Positions 26,193-33,532 of a stretch of 42,021 bases of DNA are shown one piece after another. The position numbers were made by a program, and so were the translations under genes. Positions within the stretch are counted from its first letter, which is position 1, and each line of letters begins with the position of its first letter. The notes under the pieces were generated by a model. It worked only from the letters and a program-made list of their open reading frames with translations, searched no databases and had not been told where the DNA came from. Source of the DNA: a virus (lineage: Duplodnaviria; Caudoviricetes). Location of the stretch: positions 1-42,021 of the IMG/VR virus record IMGVR_UViG_3300014613_000042. One strand, given 5' to 3'.

Positions 26193-26603
26193 ATGGTGTA
26201 CAAGAAACCCACAGACGCGAAAATTTTGGAGATCGCTCGAGGCCGGCCGGTGGGCCCGGCGGAGATCCTTGACGTTTGCGGCGGGACTGTGAGTCCCCCC
26301 GAGGTGCGCCGGGGGCGGAGGGACGCGATCCGCCGGATCGTCAAACGCCTGGAGAGGGCCGGGGACTTGACCAAGGTCGGGGACAGGTGGGAGGCCGCGG
26401 ACGCCCCCGACGTCTACGATCCCCACGGAACCCTGGACGGGGCCCCTGTCCTCCCTCCGCCCAAGATCCGAGGTCCCCTCAACCCAATCCCGCCCGAGGC
26501 CCCGTCCTCGGACTCCCTGTGGATCGCGGCCATCAAACTAAACGGGGGCAAGGCGTCCCCGGCCCTCGAGCTGGCCTACTTCGCTGGCAAAGCCGCAAAC
26601 TAG
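26193..26603 (+). CDS. Hypothetical protein, possible winged-helix DNA-binding
   Basis: ILEIA..PVGPAEIL...IRRIVKRLERAGDLTKVGDRWE pattern; GGGAAGGGA leader. Confidence 0.6.
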   Translation: MVYKKPTDAKILEIARGRPVGPAEILDVCGGTVSPPEVRRGRRDAIRRIVKRLERAGDLTKVGDRWEAADAPDVYDPHGTLDGAPVLPPPKIRGPLNPIPPEAPSSDSLWIAAIKLNGGKASPALELAYFAGKAAN

Positions 26604-26604
26604 C

Positions 26605-26780
26605 ATGAAAGAAGAGCCGGACTGGGGCCTGATCGAATACGTCCTGTCCGGCCTATACGTTTGGGAGATCCTGCCTGCGATCTACAGGGGATCTGTGCCT
26701 GGGAATCTAGGTTCTTGGACGGTGGGAAGGAGTGGGCGGAACGTCTAGACGAGGGCGTGGAGTGGGTCGAGGATGACTAA
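26605..26780 (+). CDS. Small hypothetical protein, probably frameshifted near 26663
   Basis: MKEEPDWGLIEYVLSGLYVW continues plausibly in the -1 frame as GDPACDLQGICAWESRF...WVEDD*, abutting the convergent gene. Confidence 0.4.
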
Positions 26781-27055
26781 CGGCCGATGACAAGAATCCG
26801 GCTGCGCCGCGATCCTCGGCGCTCGCTCCAGAGGATCCCCGCCGCCGTCATTCGGGCGAGGAGCGATCTCCGGCTCTGAGAATAGCTGGCGCCCCAGCGG
26901 GACACAGCGCCCACGAGAGACGATCCACTCAGATTCTCGTGACCCATCAAAAGATCGCGTTGGTATTTTCCCTGACATAGATCCAGGGCCGCGGTGTGTG
27001 CGGCGGCGTCGACTACCTCGGTCCAAGGCCCTGTATGCGTTGTTGTCGTGTTCAT
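26777..27055 (-). CDS. Hypothetical protein (92 aa), last gene of the leftward arm
   Basis: ATG behind GAAGGGAA; converges on the rightward arm. Confidence 0.7.
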   Translation of the reverse strand: MNTTTTHTGPWTEVVDAAAHTAALDLCQGKYQRDLLMGHENLSGSSLVGAVSRWGASYSQSRRSLLARMTAAGILWSERRGSRRSRILVIGR

Positions 27056-27122
27056 TTCGTTTCCCTTCGTTCGAGGTTCATAGAGGATACGCCCGGACCT
27101 CTCCCTTTCTTCTGTAGGCGAC

Positions 27123-27148
27123 GAAAAAAAAAGCGATCTTTTTTTTTC
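27123..27148. repeat. A9/T9 perfect palindrome in an AT-rich intergenic gap
   Basis: GAAAAAAAAAG-CGAT-CTTTTTTTTTC, 11-bp arms. Confidence 0.8.
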
Positions 27149-27172
27149 TAAGACAACGGAACGACTAAAAAA

Positions 27173-27628
27173 TCATCGCCAGGTTGAGCAGGCCACGCCC
27201 TGGGGTTTGATCTCCGGGTCGTAGATCACGAGCCCAGATCCGAAACTGGGCGTTTTGGCCTGGGTTCCGTCCGGGTGGAGATACCGGACCCTACCCTCCA
27301 GAAGGACAACGCCCGAGGCCTGTTCCACGGCCCGGTGGAACCATTTGGTGGACGTGTCGACGAGGACGAGGAGGACGGCCAGGGGACACACACCCGAGGC
27401 CACCTGTCCGTGAGCTCGCCTCGTCCACTTGCCGATGCTCCCACGGTCGTAAGGCGGGTTGCAGAAGGCCACGGCGTCCCAGGGGTCTGTAAGCCCGTCC
27501 TCGAGCTTCCGGGGACACAGGGCATTCTCTGGGGTCGAGGCCGCGTCCAACTCGAACGCCCGACCCACGAGGGTCTGGGCGAAGGCGAACAGGCCGGGAG
27601 GCGTCCTCCAGTCGGTGGATCCGCTCAT
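27173..27628 (-). CDS. Phage DNA N6-adenine methyltransferase (T1-type Dam family)
   Basis: DWRTP, FELDAAS..ENA.C, FCNPPY, DTSTKWF and GRV.Y motifs. Confidence 0.9.
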   Translation of the reverse strand: MSGSTDWRTPPGLFAFAQTLVGRAFELDAASTPENALCPRKLEDGLTDPWDAVAFCNPPYDRGSIGKWTRRAHGQVASGVCPLAVLLVLVDTSTKWFHRAVEQASGVVLLEGRVRYLHPDGTQAKTPSFGSGLVIYDPEIKPQGVACSTWR

Positions 27629-28692
27629 TCTTGATCCTCAGACGCCAACAAAGAGAACGCCGATTTGGGCACGTGGGCGGGACGTCCCGGCATGACCACA
27701 AACGTGCAATCGTTGGCGTTGTCTGCGTTGATCCAGGGGCCGTTGGCGCGTTTCTTCGGGTCCTTGGAAGGCTCCGTGAACATGCACGATCCACTTTCCT
27801 CCACGATTCGGTGGAAAGCGTTCTGGATCCAGCCGGCCGTGGTCTTTCCTCCACAGAACGCGTAATGGTGCCAGAACACGCCGTGTTTGCCTACCAGGCA
27901 CACGCCTGTGGGTTCGATGGGATCCAGAACCACGTTGCTGGGAAGGACGGCTTTCAGATCTGGGAGGTTGTCTGTTTGCACTTCGCCGTTGATATGGCTC
28001 CCGACGTCTGTCAAACCGATGGGGAGCAACGGAAGCGACGCGCCCCAGTGTCCCGTGAACAACCAACCGTTCTCAGCGTCCACGAACACCGGACGGGAGG
28101 TGTCTGTTTTCCCGTCGGCGACGGTCCGCGCCTCCTTCACTGCGGCCTTGAGCGTTGCTTTCTTGATCGGGTTCAACGCCTTGACGTCTGGGATCAGGTA
28201 CTCTCGCGGGATCTTCTGGGCGTCCGTCACGGAGCCCACGAACGTCCGGCGGATCTGGAGGCCCTCGACCTTGGGCGGCTCCAGGGCCGCGGCCTCCGCG
28301 ATCGCGGTCTCCGCCACGTCCGGGTTGGCCCCGGCGTGTTCGAGCAGAAGGGCCCGGTCCTTCTCGGCCTGGGTCCGGTAGCCCAAGATCTTGGCCTTCA
28401 AAGCCTTTTCACACAGGCCCAGGGGCTCCAGGGCCTTCTTGAACGTGGCGTTGATATCCTTGACCACGTCCGAGAGGGGGCCCGTCCAGCCCTTGCGGGT
28501 GGCGTCCAAGCGGGACGCGTGGCCCTTGATCTGTTTGAGCATGGACGCCGCGATCTCGTAGGTCGCGGGGCTGTCCACGGTCAGGTTCCCGACGAATTCC
28601 AGGGCCGCTCGGGCCTCGGCCCCCTCCTTCTCTCCGTCGTCCATGGCCCCTTGGACGTGCACAGGGGCCACAATTGCGATCTTGTTGTTCAT
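27625..28692 (-). CDS. Hypothetical protein: coiled-coil phage recombination-module domain fused to an unrelated C-terminal domain
   Basis: N-terminal half ends at IPREYLIPD; the C-terminal half differs in character. Confidence 0.65.
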   Translation of the reverse strand: MNNKIAIVAPVHVQGAMDDGEKEGAEARAALEFVGNLTVDSPATYEIAASMLKQIKGHASRLDATRKGWTGPLSDVVKDINATFKKALEPLGLCEKALKAKILGYRTQAEKDRALLLEHAGANPDVAETAIAEAAALEPPKVEGLQIRRTFVGSVTDAQKIPREYLIPDVKALNPIKKATLKAAVKEARTVADGKTDTSRPVFVDAENGWLFTGHWGASLPLLPIGLTDVGSHINGEVQTDNLPDLKAVLPSNVVLDPIEPTGVCLVGKHGVFWHHYAFCGGKTTAGWIQNAFHRIVEESGSCMFTEPSKDPKKRANGPWINADNANDCTFVVMPGRPAHVPKSAFSLLASEDQE

Positions 28693-28730
28693 TCCCTTCC
28701 CCTTTCTAAGGTGTGAGTCCTGACGTTACA

Positions 28731-28958
28731 TCAAGAGACCTTGTATACCACGGTCCCGTCCTTGCGGAAGGCGCCTACCTCCACGCCCTCGGTTCGGAGC
28801 CAATTGAACCAACGGTAGATCGAACGCTCCACGGTCTTGGTGGATCGCAGTCCGTCCGGGTCGAGGATCTCCACGAATTCGCCCATGGTCGATCCGTCCG
28901 CCTCGAGCATATCCCGGAGGGCGTCGTAGAGTGCGGCGTTTTTTCTCGGTGGGGCCAT
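28731..28958 (-). CDS. Small putative HTH protein
   Basis: ATG 28958 coupled by TAATG; VERSIYRWFNWLRTEGVEV resembles an HTH recognition helix plus wing. Confidence 0.6.
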   Translation of the reverse strand: MAPPRKNAALYDALRDMLEADGSTMGEFVEILDPDGLRSTKTVERSIYRWFNWLRTEGVEVGAFRKDGTVVYKVS

Positions 28959-29476
28959 TATCTCCGCCTTCCTAGCTTCCACAAACAGATCCCGATCGCG
29001 TCCACGACGTCGTGTCTCTTGGCCTCGGACAGGCCTGTGGCGTGCAACAAAGCCAGCTCGTCCGGGAACAGCTTGGCGATCGTCCTGGCGTTGTCGATCG
29101 CCTTGGGCGTCCCGCCCTTCCACTCGTGGGGGAACACGGTTTGGACGTCGTAGGTGGCGTAACGCTCTGCGACTTGTTCAGCATAGCGTCCGCCTGCGAA
29201 CGCCACCCGGATCAGATCCACGGGCTTGGCCTTCTCCGTCCGGCTCGGACGGGGATAGGGGATCTCCACAAGGACGGTGGGCGGGACGTAACGAGGATCG
29301 GGTAGATCTTCCGGCCGCACGCTCTCCAGAGGGGATCCGACGTCGATAGCGAAACCAACCCCGAACAACTCCCCGGCCCACAACCCACAGCCGACGATCT
29401 TCCCGCCCGACGCCACGGCCCAGCCACAACGACGGACGGCCGGGTCTAGGGCTATGATGTCTTTACGGTTGATCAT
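28958..29476 (-). CDS. RuvC-like Holliday junction resolvase
   Basis: IIALDPA...GWAV, VLVEIP, P.EWKG...K and HDVVDAIGI. Confidence 0.85.
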   Translation of the reverse strand: MINRKDIIALDPAVRRCGWAVASGGKIVGCGLWAGELFGVGFAIDVGSPLESVRPEDLPDPRYVPPTVLVEIPYPRPSRTEKAKPVDLIRVAFAGGRYAEQVAERYATYDVQTVFPHEWKGGTPKAIDNARTIAKLFPDELALLHATGLSEAKRHDVVDAIGICLWKLGRRR

Positions 29477-29756
29477 CGGCCTGGTCCTCCTCGAGTGGGA
29501 CGACGACGAGACACACGGCCGGCCCCTTCTCGTCCTTGGGGCCTTTGCAGCCGCAGCCGATCGCCTTCCCGTCAGCCGCTTTGAAGCACGGGATTTCCCC
29601 GAGGATCACGCCTCGGAGGATCGCTTTGATGCGGACGAGGTCGGCCTGTAGGGCCGTCACGTCCACCGGGGCCGAGGTCACGGCCGGCGGTTCTTCGGCA
29701 CGGACAGGAGCACAGGAACAGGCCAGGACGGCCAGGATCAGGATCGTGCGTTTCAT
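29463..29756 (-). CDS. Small exported protein, probable lipoprotein
   Basis: MKRTILILAVLAC: basic N-region, hydrophobic stretch and lipobox-like LAC; GAGGAG SD. Confidence 0.65.
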   Translation of the reverse strand: MKRTILILAVLACSCAPVRAEEPPAVTSAPVDVTALQADLVRIKAILRGVILGEIPCFKAADGKAIGCGCKGPKDEKGPAVCLVVVPLEEDQADDQP

Positions 29757-29860
29757 CGGGTGGATCTCCTCTTGGTGTGGATATGGATTGCTACGGCCCA
29801 AACGTATCCGATCAGGGCCAGGGTTGTGATCTCAGTCGGAATCATTTGTTCGCCCTTTCG

Positions 29861-30310
29861 TTACTTCTCGCCGTTTGTGCCCACAATGGGGATGCCGACC
29901 GGCTCGAACAGAATCGCCGTCTCGCCGATGTAGGCGACCTTGAACGTGTAGTCCTTGATGACCACCTCCTCGCCCACCTGAAACGTGGACCAGTGTGGCG
30001 GAACCTCGGTGCCATCAGGACGAATCAGGCGACCTGCGTTCTGTTGAGCGACGAGCCGTTTCAGTTGCTCCGTGGCTGCGTGCTCGAACGCCTGTTGCTG
30101 CTCCTCGCTGCCGGGGTCTTCGGTCAACTGCTCAAAGCGATTGGTGTCTGGGTTCATCTCGTTGGTCTCCTTTGGGTGGCCCGTGCCGTTGCAGCCGGGG
30201 CACGCCATGATGGGTTGCAGTTTCTTGCGCCGTCTCGGCCCTGGCCGATCAATGGAGCCAGCACCCTGACAGCGCGTACACTCTGGTTTCCTAGTATGGT
30301 AGTCGCTCAC
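29861..30310 (-). CDS. Hypothetical protein with N-terminal DnaJ-type CxxCxGxG zinc-finger repeats; internal start possible at 30157
   Basis: CTRCQGAG and CPGCNGTG; an AAGGAG SD precedes the in-frame ATG 30157 (MNPDTNRF). Confidence 0.65.
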   Translation of the reverse strand: MSDYHTRKPECTRCQGAGSIDRPGPRRRKKLQPIMACPGCNGTGHPKETNEMNPDTNRFEQLTEDPGSEEQQQAFEHAATEQLKRLVAQQNAGRLIRPDGTEVPPHWSTFQVGEEVVIKDYTFKVAYIGETAILFEPVGIPIVGTNGEK

Positions 30311-30536
30311 GTCTTCGCCCGTCCGTGCAGAGACGTGTCACCTCGGCGACAGCGTAGGGGTCCAACGCTCGAGCAACCGGGCGCCCGACGATGCACACGC
30401 CTACCAGTTCGTCGCCGCTGTATGCGCCCAAGCTGAACCGATGCCCACGGCATGGCTTGTGGTGGCGATGCAGTACGGCAACGTGGTCATTTGCCTGCCT
30501 CAGCGTCAACGGTTTCAGTTGTAGATGTGCGTTCAT
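30291..30536 (-). pseudogene. Truncated XF1762-family (Mom-like acetyltransferase-fold) gene
   Basis: ANDHV..LHRHHKP..GHRFSLG...LVGVCIVGRPVAR.LD....EVTRLCTDG is the family N-half; the expected NACS.LY C-half is absent. Confidence 0.75.
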
Positions 30537-30566
30537 AAAATTACGCTCGCTTGCTCTGTGTAGGTT

Positions 30567-30809
30567 TTATTCCTGCGGCTCGTCCACGATGGCACACAGG
30601 CATGCGCGGTAGTCGTCGAGGGCCTCTTTGATTCGGCGCCGAAAGCAGCGGTCCGCGATTTCCACGGGCTCGGCCATGTGCCCGTGGTTGTCCACGAGAC
30701 GGAGCCTGTAGTCGCCGATCTTCAACTCCATCTCCTGAGTAAGACGCTCCGGTGTCGCTTCCAGAACGGCCAGCGCAGCGGCGCGTCGCTTGATCTCTTC
30801 TCGCCTCAT
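30567..30809 (-). CDS. Hypothetical protein (80 aa)
   Basis: ATG 30809 behind GGAGG; ATGA overlap with the upstream gene. Confidence 0.65.
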   Translation of the reverse strand: MRREEIKRRAAALAVLEATPERLTQEMELKIGDYRLRLVDNHGHMAEPVEIADRCFRRRIKEALDDYRACLCAIVDEPQE

Positions 30810-31030
30810 CGATCCTCCATGGTAGCCAGCACCATCCGGCATCGACCGGCAGCGGCCATCGCCTCGTCGTACACGCACGGCCGCGCAGCCAGTTGCATCA
30901 GGATCTCGAAGTCGTCGGCTGCCTTCGCCAGCGCGATCCGGAGCGTTCGGTACTCGTCCAGCGTCATCGTCACCAGCGTGGACATGCTGCCGTCGTCGTT
31001 GATCTTCTCGATCTGCGGTGCGTTCCTCAC
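30806..31030 (-). CDS. Hypothetical protein (74 aa)
   Basis: GTGA overlap and GGAGG SD. Confidence 0.65.
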   Translation of the reverse strand: MRNAPQIEKINDDGSMSTLVTMTLDEYRTLRIALAKAADDFEILMQLAARPCVYDEAMAAAGRCRMVLATMEDR

Positions 31031-31542
31031 GGCGCCTCCCCGATCGGGCCGTAGCGCATCTCAGCCTTGACGCGCAGCCCCGAGATCACATCGTCCCATG
31101 TCCTGTCGCCGTCCATCTCCACTTCGATCCGCTCCTCCCCTACCAGGTCCAGCGTCGCCGACTTCTGCCCACGCAGCGGCGTAGCGAAGACGACCCCGTG
31201 ATCCATGCTGTCGTCCCGCCAGTAGCAGTAGTGGCGCGGCTTGAACTCGGGAGCCGTCTCGGTACGCAGCCCGTGGAGCACACGGCCAGCGCGCTTCGGC
31301 AGCGACCCCCAGCGACTCGGATCCCGAGCCTCGACACAGCGGCGCAGGATCTCCTCGGCGAGGTTGGCCTTCCCGCGCACGTCCAGTTCGCGCCGCTCGC
31401 CGTCCCTGATGCGCACGGCGTAGGTGATCTGGAGATCCCACGGCCCCAACCACCAGTCGCCGCCTCGGTAGTAAATGGTGCCGCCGAGTTGTCCCGCAAG
31501 CTCGGCTAGGCTCGGATTCAGGTGCTCGATCTTCGTTGGCAT
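31027..31542 (-). CDS. Hypothetical protein (171 aa)
   Basis: ATG 31542 (MPTKIEHL) behind GGAGGAG. Confidence 0.65.
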   Translation of the reverse strand: MPTKIEHLNPSLAELAGQLGGTIYYRGGDWWLGPWDLQITYAVRIRDGERRELDVRGKANLAEEILRRCVEARDPSRWGSLPKRAGRVLHGLRTETAPEFKPRHYCYWRDDSMDHGVVFATPLRGQKSATLDLVGEERIEVEMDGDRTWDDVISGLRVKAEMRYGPIGEAP

Positions 31543-31546
31543 ATTT

Positions 31547-31864
31547 TCACTCCTCCCACGTCGAGGTCTCGCCGTCGCCGGCGTAGTGGCACTGGCAGCG
31601 CATCGTGCCGCGCCCCTCGCACTCTTCGCAGTCTTTCGTCGGTCCGCAATCGTCGCAGCCCCCACAGACCTCGCACGGTGCTTCGTCGGAGAAACACTGG
31701 TAGCGACAGAACACATCACCCCACCCGTTGACGTTGATCTCATAGGGTGGGCAGCTTGCACCACACACTGGGCAATCGGCAGCCAACGCGATCGCGTTCA
31801 CGTTGCCGAGTGTCGGCCCTCTCGTCTGCCGCTTGCTGTTCACGGCGAAGGTCTTCTCGTTCAT
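31547..31864 (-). CDS. Cysteine-rich putative zinc-finger protein
   Basis: CPVC, CEVC, CDDC and CEECEGRG; ATG 31864 behind AGGAGGTGGAG. Confidence 0.65.
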   Translation of the reverse strand: MNEKTFAVNSKRQTRGPTLGNVNAIALAADCPVCGASCPPYEINVNGWGDVFCRYQCFSDEAPCEVCGGCDDCGPTKDCEECEGRGTMRCQCHYAGDGETSTWEE

Positions 31865-31896
31865 AATCTCCACCTCCTGTTCATAATTTTACGCTT

Positions 31897-32640
31897 TCAG
31901 GCCCACAGCCGTAATTGCTGCGGTTCTTCGTTGGTCCAGACGGCCTCGCGGGACACCTTCCGCCCTGCCCCCGCCCTGCCCATCGTGTCGATTACAGCCA
32001 GCGGCTGGAAGGGGAGCCATGTCGCTCCCTCGTTCTCACAGGCGACCACCTGCCCTCGGCGGCTCCTGCACCATTCACCCAGCGCGCCGAAGTCCAGATC
32101 GTGACGGCCACGGTAGTAGCGCCCAGCGCCATCGTACGGGGGATCGACGAACCATGTAGCCTGTAGGTCCTCGATGTCCCGATAGTCGCCGTGGCGGACC
32201 TCCCAGTGCCTGATGCGGTGCACCTGCGAGGCGATGCGCTCCCGCATCGGCTGAGACCAATGCTTCTCTGGGTAGTTCGCCATCCAGGTCGACGGCCGTC
32301 GCGCTGGTGTGGACTGAGCCCGGTTGCACCACCACCGGACCAACAGCCGGGCTTCCTCGCAGATGGGCAGGTCCTCGGCGGTCTGCCCGGGTTCGAGATC
32401 AGGTAGCGCCAGGATCTCGGCTTCGCTCGCCCTGATGAGGTACTGCCACGTCTGCACGATGGGCTCAAAGCAATCCACCAACAGGACCTGCAGATCGCAG
32501 TGAAGCAGCGAGTAGCACGCGGACCCAGCGAACGGCTCGACGATGAGACCGTGTGCCGGCGCCGGATATTTGGGCGCGAGCTTCCACTTCGATCCGTAGT
32601 AGGACCAGAAGGGACGCAGCCGTTTTGTGGGTCCGCTCAT
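31897..32640 (-). CDS. DNA adenine methyltransferase (D12/Dam-like, alpha class)
   Basis: YYGSKW, IVEPFAGSA and FVDPPY motifs. Confidence 0.9.
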   Translation of the reverse strand: MSGPTKRLRPFWSYYGSKWKLAPKYPAPAHGLIVEPFAGSACYSLLHCDLQVLLVDCFEPIVQTWQYLIRASEAEILALPDLEPGQTAEDLPICEEARLLVRWWCNRAQSTPARRPSTWMANYPEKHWSQPMRERIASQVHRIRHWEVRHGDYRDIEDLQATWFVDPPYDGAGRYYRGRHDLDFGALGEWCRSRRGQVVACENEGATWLPFQPLAVIDTMGRAGAGRKVSREAVWTNEEPQQLRLWA

Positions 32641-32652
32641 AATTTTACGCTT

Positions 32653-32967
32653 TCATTCCTGGTCGCCCGGAAACACCACGCCCTCGGCGCCGTTCTCGAA
32701 TGCCTTGACCGCGGCGTTGTCGAGCAGCCGGTGGACATCGGTGGTGCCGTCCTCCTGCTCGTGGTTCAACTCGCGCAGGAAGTCGGCAGCGAACAGGTCG
32801 GGCTCCACAATCTTCGGGCTCTCGAACTCGCCAGTCTCGTCGTTGTAAGTGCAGATCCGATCGTCAGGCGATGCCTCGATAGCGCGCGCCAGCTCGTCCA
32901 CGCCAATGCTGATAACCAGGCGCCGGTCGGCAATCTCCACCTTCAGCCAGTTGTCTCTGTCGCTCAT
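32653..32967 (-). CDS. Hypothetical acidic protein (104 aa)
   Basis: ATGA-coupled ORF; EQEDGTTDVHRLLDNA. Confidence 0.7.
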   Translation of the reverse strand: MSDRDNWLKVEIADRRLVISIGVDELARAIEASPDDRICTYNDETGEFESPKIVEPDLFAADFLRELNHEQEDGTTDVHRLLDNAAVKAFENGAEGVVFPGDQE

Positions 32968-33266
32968 CGGGAATCCTTGTTTGCTTTTGTTCTCAGGTCA
33001 CGAAGCGCCGTCTCCACCGCCTCATTCCACCCGGCATGGTGGTCGTCGTCGCACGCCGAGTAGGCCATGTCTTCGAGGCCATCGACCCACCGTGCATGCT
33101 CTGCCTCGACGGCCTCGGCGGCGTGGCCCTCCATGGCCTCGGCGATCTCCGTGGCGAGCCGCTCGCACTTCTGGCTCTGCCGTCCGCTCATGCTGACGGA
33201 CTCGCCGAGGAACTTCCGGGCCACACCCTGGGCGCGGCAGATAGCTGGGTATAGGTCACGTTCCAT
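32964..33266 (-). CDS. Hypothetical protein (100 aa)
   Basis: Coupled ORF in the accessory block. Confidence 0.65.
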   Translation of the reverse strand: MERDLYPAICRAQGVARKFLGESVSMSGRQSQKCERLATEIAEAMEGHAAEAVEAEHARWVDGLEDMAYSACDDDHHAGWNEAVETALRDLRTKANKDSR

Positions 33267-33271
33267 GGTCT

Positions 33272-33516
33272 CTATTCCTCGGCTTCGTAGCAGGGCATCT
33301 CGCCTGGGCTGTAGCAGGCGAAGATCTCATTGATTCGGCCACGCCCGAGACCACAGAACTGAACCTTTGCGGCCGGACGAGGGGGCCAAGCGCATCGAGC
33401 ACAGCGTCCGGTCGGCGCCAGTACCTCACATCCGGGAAGTGGGGCGCACACGTCTCCACGACGCAGCCTGACTCCAGGTACTTGTCGCTGTAGTCCAGGT
33501 GCTTGCATGCTTTCAT
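33272..33516 (-). pseudogene. Small Cys-rich protein interrupted by a frameshift at a C5 run (33381-33385), or a sequence error
   Basis: MKACKHLDY...VRYWRRPDAVLDALGP joins PRPAAKVQFCG..GRINEIFACY..EMPCYEAEE in the -1 frame. Confidence 0.6.
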
Positions 33517-33532
33517 CTCGTTCCTCCAGATT

